Of a stretch of DNA of 64,000 nucleotides, positions 47,351 through 59,330 are shown piece after piece. Position 1 is the stretch's first letter; every line of letters begins with the position of its first letter. The stretch comes from a virus (Duplodnaviria; Caudoviricetes). A model generated the notes under the pieces. It made no database searches, was not told the DNA's origin, and worked only from the letters and a program-made list of their open reading frames with translations. The translations under genes and the position numbers were made by a program. The stretch is from the IMG/VR virus record IMGVR_UViG_2862561106_000004, positions 4,451 through 68,450 of that record, one strand, 5' to 3'.

Positions 47351-50300
47351 ATGACGCAATCGTTCCTCATTCTCCCCGACGGGGATGTTGAGAATGATGG
47401 CTGGAGCTTTTTCGGTGCCAGCGTCACTCAAATCTGGGAAGCCGTCGGCTACCTTGAGGATGACTGCGGAATCATCTGCCCGAGCTATCGGGGAGGCGCG
47501 CAGATCAAGTTCCCGCTTGACTGTGATGACCTCCCCGATGGGGCCATAATCGACTCGGTGACGGTCTTCATTCGCATGAAGACCCAAGCCGGGTCAGGCC
47601 CCCGCTGCGTCACCGTGAACGTGCTCTCGTCCGAGAATCCTTCGCGCTACACCACGAGGACTCTGTACGCCAAGAGCACCTACCAGACGTTCGAGGTCGG
47701 CACCTACACGACCGACCCCCTGGGCAAGTTCTGGGACATCCACCGGCTCAACAAGCTGCGCCTCCGGTGCTTCTCCTATAACAACCTCTTCGACTCGATT
47801 CGCATCACCCAGTTCTACTGCCGGGTGAACTTCCACACCCGCCCGACCGTCAGCGTCCAGGCCCCCGTCGGCACCGTCAACACCCCCTCGCCGGTGGTCA
47901 AATGGCGCTACCAGCAGGAGGAGGGCGAACCGCAGAAGAAGGCCGAGTACCGCATCTTCACGGCCGTCCAGGTGGCGAGCAGCACCTTCAGCCCCAGCAC
48001 CGCCCCGCCCGTGTTCGCCAAGACGGTCCAGGGCGAGGCATCGACCTACACCTTGCCGACGTCGCTGAACCCTGACTCGTACTACGTGTACGTGCGGGTC
48101 TACTCGCAGCACAACGCGGTGAGCAACTGGGCCGGCAAGGCATTCACCATTCAGGGGCCGGCCCCGGGCGTCCCCGGCGACGACAACGCCGGTGTGGCCG
48201 GCGTCCCCGGCGTCGGTGTCCCCACCGTCGTCCCGGACGCTTTCACCAGCTCGGCGTTCCTTCAGATGCGGGACAGCAGCAACCTGCTGTCCGTCCAGCA
48301 AGCCGACTTCGAGATAGCCACTGACCCTCTCGGCTACGTGCCGACGAACGCGGTACTCACCCGGTCGACGGCCACCTACTTCGCCACCGGCGAGGCGTCC
48401 ATGTCGGTCAAGGCGTCCTCGGCGGCCGACATGTTCGCGGCCACCACGAAGATCGAGGTCGTCGGCGGTGCGCCGGTCACCATCCGCGGCCAGGTGAAGG
48501 CCGCGACCTCCGGGCGCACGGCCAAGCTGCTGCTGCGGCAGTACGACACCGATCACGTACTCCTGGACGCCACCGCGGTCCAGGCGCAGGCCACCGACGA
48601 GACCGACACCTGGACCGAGATCGTCGCCACCGGCACCACTCTGGCGGCCACCAAGTACGCCGAGCTGGTTCTCCAGGTCGTCGCGCCGGCCATCAACGAG
48701 GTGCACTACCTGGACCATGCCGGCCTCATGTACGGCATCGGTACCGCCTGGTCGGACGGCGGGCACGTCTCACGGAACCTCCTCACCTCGTTCCTGGCCA
48801 CCGGAGACGATCCGGCGCCCAGCTCGGACGCCTGGGTGCAGGCCAACAGCGCGACCACCTGCCAGCGGGTCACCGCGACCGGCCTCGGTTCGCACGGCCT
48901 CAAGACGCACCAGATGACGTACAACGCGGTGTCGAGCTCCATCGGCTACCGGGCGACCGGCGCGGTGTTCACCACGCCGACGACCGGCACCAACTACACG
49001 CTGAACAAGCCGGCCGGCCTGGCGGACAACGATCTGATGCTGGCCTTCGTCACCTCCACCAGCCACGGCACCATCGTGCCCCCGTTGGGCTGGACGGTGG
49101 CGAACACCTCCAGCGTGGATGACGGCTCGACGGACATCGCCCTGTGGGTGCTGAAGCGCACCGGGCTGGCCGCCGACCCCTCCACCTGGACGGGAGCGGT
49201 GTCGGCCTCCAGCAGCCGGCGTACGGCCGTCGTGGTGGCCTACAGCGGGGCCGCTCACGCCGATCAGCAGTTCGTCGTGGACAACGTCAAGACCGACACG
49301 TCCGGCGCCCTGGTCCACCAGACGCAGACGATCTACAACTCCGACCCGAACGCCTGGCGGGTCGCCGCCTTCGCCGCGAGCGACGACGTATCGGGCGGAA
49401 CCTTCACCGCGAACAAGCAGCCGCCCGGCTCGTCGGACCCCGGGTCGATCATGTTCGTGGGGCGCTCGTCGGCCTGGAAGCAGCACAGCGACACCACCTC
49501 GTTCGTGATCAACAAGCCTGCCGGCGTCCAGTCGGGAGACCTGATGATCGCGGCCGTGGGCTACTCCGGCCAGGTCGATACCGCGACCGCACCCTCCGGC
49601 TGGACACAGGTCCGCCGGCTCCACCGCAGCAACGGTGGCAACGGCGACGCACACTCCGGCGATTTCACCATGTTCGTCTACAAGCGGACCGCCGGCGCGA
49701 GCGAACCCAACTCCTGGACGGGCACGCACCCTTCCAGCGAGTGGGGCCAGCCGAAAATGACGGTCGCGGTCGCCTACCGCAACGCGGAGACGGCCGCCAA
49801 CCAGTTCATCGCGGAGAACGGCGGCACCGCGCGGGGAGCTCTGTCGGTGTCCACCGGCACGGTGACCAACACCAACAGCCGCGCATGGCGGATCAGCCTG
49901 TTCGGCGCCACCACCCCGTTCGGTGACCAGTGGGACAACGGCGACGTGAAGGAGCGCACCGACGACACCACGTCGCTCAGTGGCTTCCCCGACGTCCACA
50001 TGGCGTTCTCCGACTCCAACGGGCAGATCTCCACCGGCACGCACTCACGCACCGGCTCCTTCAGCGGCGACGTCTTCACCTCCGCTGGCTGGATCGGGAT
50101 CATCAAGCCGCTGCCGCTGTCGTCCAACCCTCCGCCCGGAGCCAACGAGACGGAGCGCGTCGACAACAACAACGGCAGCAGCAACCCGTGGATGAGCACC
50201 GCGGTCTACGACTCCAACGGCGTCGCCGCAGTCGGCCTCCAGTCCGTCTACGGCACCCTCGCCCCCGGGTCGGGAACATCGGCCAACGCCATGTCGTCCT

Positions 50301-51367
50301 GGGTCGGCCTCATCAAGCCGGCCGAGGCAGCACAGGCAGGTACGGCGGCGGCGTACACCAACACGACCGTCGACATATCCGACGTGGACGAGACCGTGAT
50401 CACTTCCGCCAAGGGGAAGGTCACGATCACCGCGCAGTTCCTCGGCTCGACCGCCGGCACCCCGGCTCTCGGGGTCGAGTTCTTCCGGGCCAACCAGAAG
50501 ATCTCCGAGGCCGCGGCCCTCGGCGCGCCGTTCAACGACACCGACTGGGTGAAGAGCTGGGCGTCGTTCGATGTGCCGGCCGGCACTACCCGGATGCGGC
50601 CCAAGCTGTCCGCCATCGGCCGCAGCGTCGGTGACACCGTGCAGTTCGACCGCGTCGGCCTCTCGCTGGGCTCGACCCCTGAGGGCGTCGAGCCGACGTG
50701 GAGGGATGGCACGGCCCGGCCGGAGCACCCGGTCTGGTCGAAGCCGATCATCGAGTACCAGGATGACGACGGGACCGGATACGGGGACGCCTGGCGGGTC
50801 CTGCCGGGGCAGAAGACGGTGGGCGCCGAGTTCGAGGACGCCAGCGGCAATCTGCTCTACACGGACCACACGATCGTCCCGCTGCACAACCGGCGCTACC
50901 GGGTGCAGACGATCTCCTACGGCCTGGCCGGCGACCGCTACGCCTCCGGCTGGGGGCCAGCCAGCAACGAGGCCACGTTCACGGCTCTCGACTGGTGGCT
51001 GAAGGACATCAGCGACCTGTCCAAGAACCTGCGCCTGTCGGTGCGGTGGGAAAACCTCGTGGTCGCCACCGCGAACACCGCGACGCAGTTCCAACCCCTG
51101 GGCGAGGACTACCCCTTGGTCATCACCGAGGGATACAAGTCGGACACCTTCACACTCAAGATCCACGTCACCCGAGAAGAGCACGCAGCTCTGAAACAGC
51201 TCCTCAACAGCGGTCGAACGCTCCTGCTCCAGTCGGACGTCGACCACTCCTGGTGGGTGCGGTCTATCGGGGACCTTTCCTCAGATCTGCTGCCCACCGG
51301 GCAGCGCCGTAAGAACCCTCGGCGCTACGTGACCGTCACGTTCGTGGAGGTCGCCCCCGAGGAGTAG
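47351..51367 (+). CDS. Large distal tail/baseplate protein
   Basis: Follows TMP; carbohydrate-binding-like and KPAG..GD domains; C-terminal LLLQ..W.V. Confidence 0.8.
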   Translation: MTQSFLILPDGDVENDGWSFFGASVTQIWEAVGYLEDDCGIICPSYRGGAQIKFPLDCDDLPDGAIIDSVTVFIRMKTQAGSGPRCVTVNVLSSENPSRYTTRTLYAKSTYQTFEVGTYTTDPLGKFWDIHRLNKLRLRCFSYNNLFDSIRITQFYCRVNFHTRPTVSVQAPVGTVNTPSPVVKWRYQQEEGEPQKKAEYRIFTAVQVASSTFSPSTAPPVFAKTVQGEASTYTLPTSLNPDSYYVYVRVYSQHNAVSNWAGKAFTIQGPAPGVPGDDNAGVAGVPGVGVPTVVPDAFTSSAFLQMRDSSNLLSVQQADFEIATDPLGYVPTNAVLTRSTATYFATGEASMSVKASSAADMFAATTKIEVVGGAPVTIRGQVKAATSGRTAKLLLRQYDTDHVLLDATAVQAQATDETDTWTEIVATGTTLAATKYAELVLQVVAPAINEVHYLDHAGLMYGIGTAWSDGGHVSRNLLTSFLATGDDPAPSSDAWVQANSATTCQRVTATGLGSHGLKTHQMTYNAVSSSIGYRATGAVFTTPTTGTNYTLNKPAGLADNDLMLAFVTSTSHGTIVPPLGWTVANTSSVDDGSTDIALWVLKRTGLAADPSTWTGAVSASSSRRTAVVVAYSGAAHADQQFVVDNVKTDTSGALVHQTQTIYNSDPNAWRVAAFAASDDVSGGTFTANKQPPGSSDPGSIMFVGRSSAWKQHSDTTSFVINKPAGVQSGDLMIAAVGYSGQVDTATAPSGWTQVRRLHRSNGGNGDAHSGDFTMFVYKRTAGASEPNSWTGTHPSSEWGQPKMTVAVAYRNAETAANQFIAENGGTARGALSVSTGTVTNTNSRAWRISLFGATTPFGDQWDNGDVKERTDDTTSLSGFPDVHMAFSDSNGQISTGTHSRTGSFSGDVFTSAGWIGIIKPLPLSSNPPPGANETERVDNNNGSSNPWMSTAVYDSNGVAAVGLQSVYGTLAPGSGTSANAMSSWVGLIKPAEAAQAGTAAAYTNTTVDISDVDETVITSAKGKVTITAQFLGSTAGTPALGVEFFRANQKISEAAALGAPFNDTDWVKSWASFDVPAGTTRMRPKLSAIGRSVGDTVQFDRVGLSLGSTPEGVEPTWRDGTARPEHPVWSKPIIEYQDDDGTGYGDAWRVLPGQKTVGAEFEDASGNLLYTDHTIVPLHNRRYRVQTISYGLAGDRYASGWGPASNEATFTALDWWLKDISDLSKNLRLSVRWENLVVATANTATQFQPLGEDYPLVITEGYKSDTFTLKIHVTREEHAALKQLLNSGRTLLLQSDVDHSWWVRSIGDLSSDLLPTGQRRKNPRRYVTVTFVEVAPEE

Positions 51368-51371
51368 AGGC

Positions 51372-52499
51372 ATGGCGCGGCAGACGGACAAGTTCTACGC
51401 GACCCTCCGCAAGTCACACACGATCATCTCGTGGGTCGACGTCATCAGCGGAAACCTGGAAACCGTCCGTCTGCCGACCATCGAAGGAGACGTCGGAGTC
51501 GACCGCACCGCATCAATCCGGCGCAAGCTGAACCTCCGGTGCGTCGACCCCACCGGGCTGCTCACGCCACGGGCCTCCGGCGAGATCCTGACGCCCCACG
51601 GCACCGAGCTGCGCCCCTACCGAGGCATCGTCTACAGCGACGGGACACCCCCGGAGGTCTGCCCCCTGGGCGTGTTCCGGCTGTCCCGGTCCACCGTTGC
51701 CGACGAGACTTCGCGCGCCCCGACGATCCAGATCGAGGCGTACGACCGTTCCCGAACGATCGCGCGGGACAAGTTCCAGGTGCCGTACACCATCGCGGCC
51801 GGCACCAACGTGCTGCAAGCCATCAAGGACATCGTCCGGCGCACCTTTCCGGCTGTGCAGTACGACTCCATCACCACCCTGCTGACCACTACAGCGCCCC
51901 TGCTGTACGACGCCGGCGCGGACCCGTGGGACGCGGTGACGAGGCTCGCCAAGTCCATGGGCTGCGAGATCTACTTCGACGTCGAAGGGCGCCTGGTCGT
52001 CGCCCCACCCGACGACATCAACGCCCTGCCGGCCGCCGACTTCACGTACATCGAAGGCCAGGGCTGCATCATGACGGACCTGACCCGCGTGTACTCGGAC
52101 GAGCCGGGCTACAACGGGGTCATCGTCACGGGCGAGTCGGCGGGGGACGAGAAGCCGCCGGTGCGCGGCGAGGCGTGGGACATGGAGCCGACCTCCCCGA
52201 CCTACCGGTACGGCGGCTACGGCGAGGTGCCCACCTTCGTCACCGACTCCCTGGTCAAGACCACGGACGAGGCGACCGCGGCAGCCCGAGCCGTCCTTGC
52301 CCAGTACCTCGGCTACACCTCGCAGCTCAGCATCTCCGCCGCCGTCAACCCGTCCTTCGAGGCCGGGGACGTCGTGGAGGTCGTCAGGGCCCAGTCCGGC
52401 GTCTCCGGCCTGTACGCCCTGGACAGTTTCAACATTCCGCTGCGCAAGGACGGCAAGCAGCAACTCACGCTCAGGCAGAGGCGGGTGAGCAGCGGATGA
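51372..52499 (+). CDS. Minor tail protein (DUF5047-like hub)
   Basis: VDRTASIRR, PLGVF, YNGVIVTGE, YGEVP, NP..EAGD. Confidence 0.8.
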   Translation: MARQTDKFYATLRKSHTIISWVDVISGNLETVRLPTIEGDVGVDRTASIRRKLNLRCVDPTGLLTPRASGEILTPHGTELRPYRGIVYSDGTPPEVCPLGVFRLSRSTVADETSRAPTIQIEAYDRSRTIARDKFQVPYTIAAGTNVLQAIKDIVRRTFPAVQYDSITTLLTTTAPLLYDAGADPWDAVTRLAKSMGCEIYFDVEGRLVVAPPDDINALPAADFTYIEGQGCIMTDLTRVYSDEPGYNGVIVTGESAGDEKPPVRGEAWDMEPTSPTYRYGGYGEVPTFVTDSLVKTTDEATAAARAVLAQYLGYTSQLSISAAVNPSFEAGDVVEVVRAQSGVSGLYALDSFNIPLRKDGKQQLTLRQRRVSSG

Positions 52500-53388
52500 C
52501 GACCCCGACTCCACCTACGGCCGAGGAGCTGGCGGCGAAGGCGAAGGCCGAGCAGGACCAGGAGCTCCGGCTGCTCGCCACGGAGATCAACAAGCCGGCC
52601 CTGTCCTTCGAGCCGGCCACGATCCGCAAGGCGATCGTGACGGCGATCTCCGCGGCCAGCACCCCGCCGACCATCAGCGTGCAGATGAGCGGCGACACGT
52701 CGACCACGATCGACGGCGTCCGGATCGAGGAGACGTACAGCCCACGCATCGGCCACACCGTGCTGATCTTCAAGCAGGGCGCGGACATCATCGCCTTCGG
52801 CCACGTCGCAGACCTCACCGGCGTCGGCGCCGGCGGCTGGATCACCGCGGGCCTCACCTCCGGCTGGGCGCACAACGGCAACAACAACGGCACCCTCCAG
52901 TACCGCCGGGTCCTGGACAACGGCTCCTGGAAAATGCAGTGGCGCGGCGGCGTAACCGTCGGCTCCGGCGTCCAGGTGCTCGCCACCCCGCTGGACGCCG
53001 AGTACCGCCCGGCCAGCCGGCGCACGATGCTCGTACCCCGCGACGCAGCCGGCGGCTCGAACGAGGTGAAGGTCGACTTCAACGGCGACGGCAACGTGAC
53101 CCTGGTCGGCACCACCACCGCGCCCTACGCCTCCGGTTCCACCAGCAGCGCCGGCAGCTACGGCGGCTACACCAACACCGGCGGCCCCGGCGGCACGGGC
53201 AGCACAGACCCTTTCGATGAGACGACCGTCCACCCGGACGGCCACTCGCACGGCGTCGTCGGCTCCCACTCCCACAGCGTCAGCAGCCACGACCACTACT
53301 TCAGCTTCGGCAGCCACAGCCACAGCGCCACCGTGAACGTGTCGGTAGACGCTCCCACGTGGGTTGCTTTCAACGTGGAGTACTTCCT

Positions 53389-53392
<4 letters not shown>
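52496..53392 (+). CDS. Minor tail/spike protein with His-rich tip
   Basis: OB-like N-terminus, LQYR..EYRP, HSH repeats. Confidence 0.7.
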
Positions 53393-55530
<2,138 letters not shown>

Positions 55531-55542
55531 GGAGAGATCTCG

Positions 55543-56037
55543 ATGTTGGAACCCGCAGATATCGAGCGCAAGCAGTTCACCGCCACCCGCATCCGGGAGG
55601 GCTACGACCAGGACGAGGTCGACGCCTTCCTGGACCAGGTGGCGGTCGACTTCGCCGAGAGGGACAAGCAGGTTGACTCCCTCCAGCAGCAGATCCGCCG
55701 CCTGAAGCGAGACCTGGACGCTGCCCGGCAGCCGGTCCCGCAGGACCCGGACCAGCCGAGCCTGGAGTCCGTCAAGGCGATCCTCGTCGCCGCGCAGAAG
55801 ACCGCCGACCAGGCCGTGGCTGATGCACACGCGCAGGCCGGCCAGATCGTCATCGACGCGCGCACCGAGGCCCGGCAGATCGTCTCCGCTTCGCACACGG
55901 AGCGGCAGAAGCAGATCGACGCCCTGGAGCAGCGGCGGGTGGAGCTCGCCGCGCTGATCAACGACCTGGGCGACAAGCGCGAAGAGCTCACGAAGTGGCT
56001 GAAGGGCGCACTGGAAGCGGTGGAAGCACATGCCTGA
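55543..56037 (+). CDS. divIVA: DivIVA-domain protein
   Basis: PADIERKQFTATRIREGYDQDEVDAFLDQV, then IL.AAQKTADQAVA coiled coil; AAGGAG RBS. Confidence 0.88.
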   Translation: MLEPADIERKQFTATRIREGYDQDEVDAFLDQVAVDFAERDKQVDSLQQQIRRLKRDLDAARQPVPQDPDQPSLESVKAILVAAQKTADQAVADAHAQAGQIVIDARTEARQIVSASHTERQKQIDALEQRRVELAALINDLGDKREELTKWLKGALEAVEAHA

Positions 56038-56191
56038 TCAGGAAGACCAGTACGAGCTGGTGAACGAGGAGCTGCCGGACGACGGTCCGGGGCCCTCGGT
56101 CGACAACGAGGAAGAGCTGCTGGCCGAGATGTTCGGTGAGCCGGACGACGGCGGCGTGTACGGAGGGGGTGATGACGATGGGGACTCGTGA
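56030..56191 (+). CDS. Small highly acidic protein (53 aa)
   Basis: MPDQEDQYELVNEELPDD...; overlaps both neighbours. Confidence 0.55.
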   Translation: MPDQEDQYELVNEELPDDGPGPSVDNEEELLAEMFGEPDDGGVYGGGDDDGDS

Positions 56192-57425
56192 CGGCATGGT
56201 CGCTCAGGCCGAGAAGTCCCTCGGCATGCGCGGCCGGCCGAACGCCATCACCACGGCGTACGCCAACCGCAACGGTTCCGGCTTCGCCCGCGCCGCCTGG
56301 TGCAACATGGCGATAACCGAGTGGGCCCGCGGTTCGGACAACTTCCAGGCCGTGTGTTTCGGCGTGGACTACGCCTACACCGTGTGGCACGCGCAGAAGT
56401 TCCAGTCGCAGGGTCGCTGGCACCGCGACGTCGCCGGCATTCAGCGAGGGGACATCGTCTTCTTCGACTGGGGCCAGACCGACAACGTCGGCGCCATCGA
56501 CCATGTCGGCCTGGTAACTGACGTGAAGGGCGGCAGCGTCTACACGATCGAAGGCAACACCTCCGACTCGTGCGCTCGGCGCGTGCGGACCGCTCGGGAC
56601 ATCGCCGGGTACGGCCGGCCGGCCTACGCCGAGCAGTCGGCGCCCCCGGCCCCGAAGCCCACGACCCCGGGCAGCGGCACCACCCACACGCCTCCGGCCT
56701 TCCCCGAGGGCCTTCGGCCCAACAGCACCAGCCCCTCGGCCCGCGGCCTCCAGAAGGCGCTGAAGGCCGCCGGCTACATGGACAAGGCCGTTCCGGAGGC
56801 CGACAACTACGGGCCGAAGACCCAGGACGGCGTCGCCGCCTTCTACCGGGCCAATGTGGAGCTCTCGTCCGGCGGGCGGGATGTCCAGATCGGCCCGAAG
56901 GGGTGGGCGGAGCTGCACCGCGAGGCGTACGGCTCCGGCTCGAAGCCGCCGGCCCCCGCCCCGCCCCCGCCGCCGGCCCCGGCCTCCGGGGAGCCGGCGC
57001 ACGACTACCGGCGCACCACCTACGGAGGCCGGACCGTCAACCAACGGACCAAGGCGATGCTCGAAGCCGCTGCCAAGATCCACGGCAGCGGCTTCCGGCT
57101 TTCCCAGGGGTCCTACAACCGCGGTGTAGCGGCCAGCGCCGGCACCCACGACGGGGGCGGCGTCGTGGACATCGCCTCGTCCAGCCAGGCCCTCGTCAAG
57201 GCCCTGCGCCAGGTCGGCTTCGCCGCGTGGGTGCGGACCCCCGCGGAGGGCTTCTCGTACCACATACACGCCTGCGCCATCGGTGACCGCGAGATGGCCG
57301 CCGGCGCCCGCAACCAGGTCCGCGCCTACTTCCAGGGGCGCAACGGCCTGGCCAACAACCGTGCGGACAGCGCTCCCGCGTCCGTCGGCCGGCCCTACCC
57401 CACCTGGGCCGAGAAGTACCGGTAA
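56178..57425 (+). CDS. Endolysin: CHAP, PG-binding and Zn-peptidase-like domains
   Basis: AWC..GDIVFFDW..DHVGLV..TIEGNT; YGPKT; AGTHDGGG.VD..HIH. Confidence 0.85.
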   Translation: MGTRDGMVAQAEKSLGMRGRPNAITTAYANRNGSGFARAAWCNMAITEWARGSDNFQAVCFGVDYAYTVWHAQKFQSQGRWHRDVAGIQRGDIVFFDWGQTDNVGAIDHVGLVTDVKGGSVYTIEGNTSDSCARRVRTARDIAGYGRPAYAEQSAPPAPKPTTPGSGTTHTPPAFPEGLRPNSTSPSARGLQKALKAAGYMDKAVPEADNYGPKTQDGVAAFYRANVELSSGGRDVQIGPKGWAELHREAYGSGSKPPAPAPPPPPAPASGEPAHDYRRTTYGGRTVNQRTKAMLEAAAKIHGSGFRLSQGSYNRGVAASAGTHDGGGVVDIASSSQALVKALRQVGFAAWVRTPAEGFSYHIHACAIGDREMAAGARNQVRAYFQGRNGLANNRADSAPASVGRPYPTWAEKYR

Positions 57426-57436
57426 GGAGACAGATC

Positions 57437-57610
57437 ATGATCAAGGTCGGATACATGGCCAAGGCCGTCGTCGCAGCCTTCGCTGCCGCGGCCGGCACCC
57501 TGGTCGCCGTCACGCAGGACGGCATGGTCGACACAGGCGACGTCGTCACCGTCGTGCTGTCCGTGCTCGGAGCCCTGGGCGTCACGTACGCCGTCCCGAA
57601 CAAGGGCTGA
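57437..57610 (+). CDS. Holin
   Basis: AAGGAG RBS; two TM segments, KAVVAA..GVTYAVPN. Confidence 0.75.
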   Translation: MIKVGYMAKAVVAAFAAAAGTLVAVTQDGMVDTGDVVTVVLSVLGALGVTYAVPNKG

Positions 57611-57656
57611 CCTAGGGGGTGATCCCGGTCTCGCGCCGGGTAGCGCCCGGCAAACT

Positions 57657-57698
57657 GCGCCCCTCTCTGCCAACTCGGCGGAGAGGGGCGCTTTTTTG
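57657..57698 (+). terminator. Rho-independent terminator ending late operon
   Basis: GCGCCCCTCTC...GAGAGGGGCGC-TTTTTT. Confidence 0.8.
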
Positions 57699-57702
57699 CA
57701 TT

Positions 57703-57930
57703 TCAGGGGATGACGAAGCCTCGCGTGGGCCCCTGGGGAGGAATGGGGTCCCACCTTCGGGCGAGGGCGGCCAGGGTCTTCGCGGTGATGTCCTGGCGCG
57801 TGGCCGGATCAGCCCTGTCGTACACCCTCCAAGGGCCAGTCGGCTTCTCTGGGTCCTCCGGGGCGACCACTCCGGGAAGGCCCAGTTGTCGCATGACGGC
57901 GTCCACGTTCCTGGCCTCGTCCGCGTTCAT
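57703..57930 (-). CDS. Hypothetical protein
   Basis: ORF following glycine-rich domain gene. Confidence 0.6.
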   Translation of the reverse strand: MNADEARNVDAVMRQLGLPGVVAPEDPEKPTGPWRVYDRADPATRQDITAKTLAALARRWDPIPPQGPTRGFVIP

Positions 57931-57939
57931 GCGGACACC

Positions 57940-58449
57940 CTACTTCTTGCTGCCGCCACCCCCACCGCCGCCGCCACCGCCACCGTGCGTGGCGCAGTTT
58001 CCGGGCCGGATGGGACCGCACCCTCCGGGCATCGGGGTGTGCATGCTCGCGGTCCCCACGTCGACCAGGGATCGGTTCGGCTCCATCCACAGGTCGGCGT
58101 CCACGTTGAGCCCCGCCTGTTCGATCGTGGCCACCGTGCGGGTGAGGACGTGGGGGTCGTCCCGCCCGGTGTCGGGGCGCTCGGGGAAGTGGTGTACGAA
58201 ATGCCCCAGGCCCTCGCACAGCTTCTCGTACAGCCGCGTGTGGAGCACCAGGGCGTGCCAGCCCTCGTCCACCGCGTTCGAGGGGGCGATGTCCACCGTG
58301 GGGAACTTCGCCGCGGTGACCACGAACTTGAGCGCTTCGGTCACGACTCGGTCGGCCGTGTCCCGGTCCATGCCAGGGTTGTTGTCCACAACCGTGGCGG
58401 CGACGCCCTCAAACCCTGCCGGGGTGAGCAAGGCGCGTACATCTTGCAT
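57940..58449 (-). CDS. Glycine-rich-domain family protein
   Basis: ALKF..PS..VDEGWHALVLHT..Y..FVHH.P; poly-Gly tail; GGAGG RBS. Confidence 0.75.
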   Translation of the reverse strand: MQDVRALLTPAGFEGVAATVVDNNPGMDRDTADRVVTEALKFVVTAAKFPTVDIAPSNAVDEGWHALVLHTRLYEKLCEGLGHFVHHFPERPDTGRDDPHVLTRTVATIEQAGLNVDADLWMEPNRSLVDVGTASMHTPMPGGCGPIRPGNCATHGGGGGGGGGGGSKK

Positions 58450-58656
58450 GTGCGTTCCTCCCTGGCCATGCTTGGCCATTCGCGAGTAGGGCAGCCCGGA
58501 GGTATCCCCAGGCTGTCGTGCACTTGCGGGGGCGGGGAGCTGTGGACCCGTCCGGCCGGCGACCGTCCCCATGACGAAGGAACCGGCCGGACGGGTTGCA
58601 TCGACAGGGGGTTGTCGATGCGGCCTCGCTGGGCCTCTACGGGGGAGCCTGTGGGC

Positions 58657-58914
58657 TCAGCGAGGAGTTGTGGGGTTGAGCGAGTAGGCGCGTACGCCGG
58701 CGGCCTTGCCTTCGTGGGTCACCGGCCGCCAGACGTAAATCGGGCAGTCGAAGGTGAAGGGCGGATGGGCGATGAAGCGCAGCGTCGTCATCCCGTTCCT
58801 GGCCTCCGTGGACTGGACCGGGTAGTACAGGCCGTCGAATTCGACGAGGTCCCCGATGCGAACCTCCCACGGTTGGGCCCTGAGGGTTGCGTGTCCCAGC
58901 GGTCCGTAGGTCAC
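58657..58914 (-). CDS. Hypothetical protein
   Basis: GGAGG RBS; VRIGD motif. Confidence 0.55.
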   Translation of the reverse strand: MTYGPLGHATLRAQPWEVRIGDLVEFDGLYYPVQSTEARNGMTTLRFIAHPPFTFDCPIYVWRPVTHEGKAAGVRAYSLNPTTPR

Positions 58915-59252
58915 CCCGCGGCCCTCCGCTCCGCGTCCTTGGCGGAGAAGTGCTGCTGGTAGTCCCGGGCTCTGGCCCTGGAGCGAATCCAGGCGCTGAA
59001 CTCGGTGGCGTCGGCCGTCCGCAGGATGACCTGGACGGTGCCGGACCCGTTGACGATCTCCCCCGGGAACACGGTCGCGGTGCGCAGGTTCATGACGCTG
59101 AGGGCGTGCCTTATGTCATCGCTGGCCGCCCTCGCGGCGGCTTGCACGTACTGTTTAGACTCCGCTTCCGTCACACCCTGCCTCCTCGCCTCCTTCGGGA
59201 GGGGGAGCCTCCCGGTGCCAGAAACCATGGGGCCTGACAGACGGTCTGGCAT
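58911..59252 (-). CDS. Hypothetical protein divergent from XRE regulator
   Basis: ORF 58911-59321; start uncertain. Confidence 0.5.
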   Translation of the reverse strand: MPDRLSGPMVSGTGRLPLPKEARRQGVTEAESKQYVQAAARAASDDIRHALSVMNLRTATVFPGEIVNGSGTVQVILRTADATEFSAWIRSRARARDYQQHFSAKDAERRAAG

Positions 59253-59330
59253 AGTGTCATTTCCAGTGCCAAGTTCCGCGGCGCGCCTGGCAAGTTGGAC
59301 GGGCATCACCATCAGGGGCATCCTTGATAC

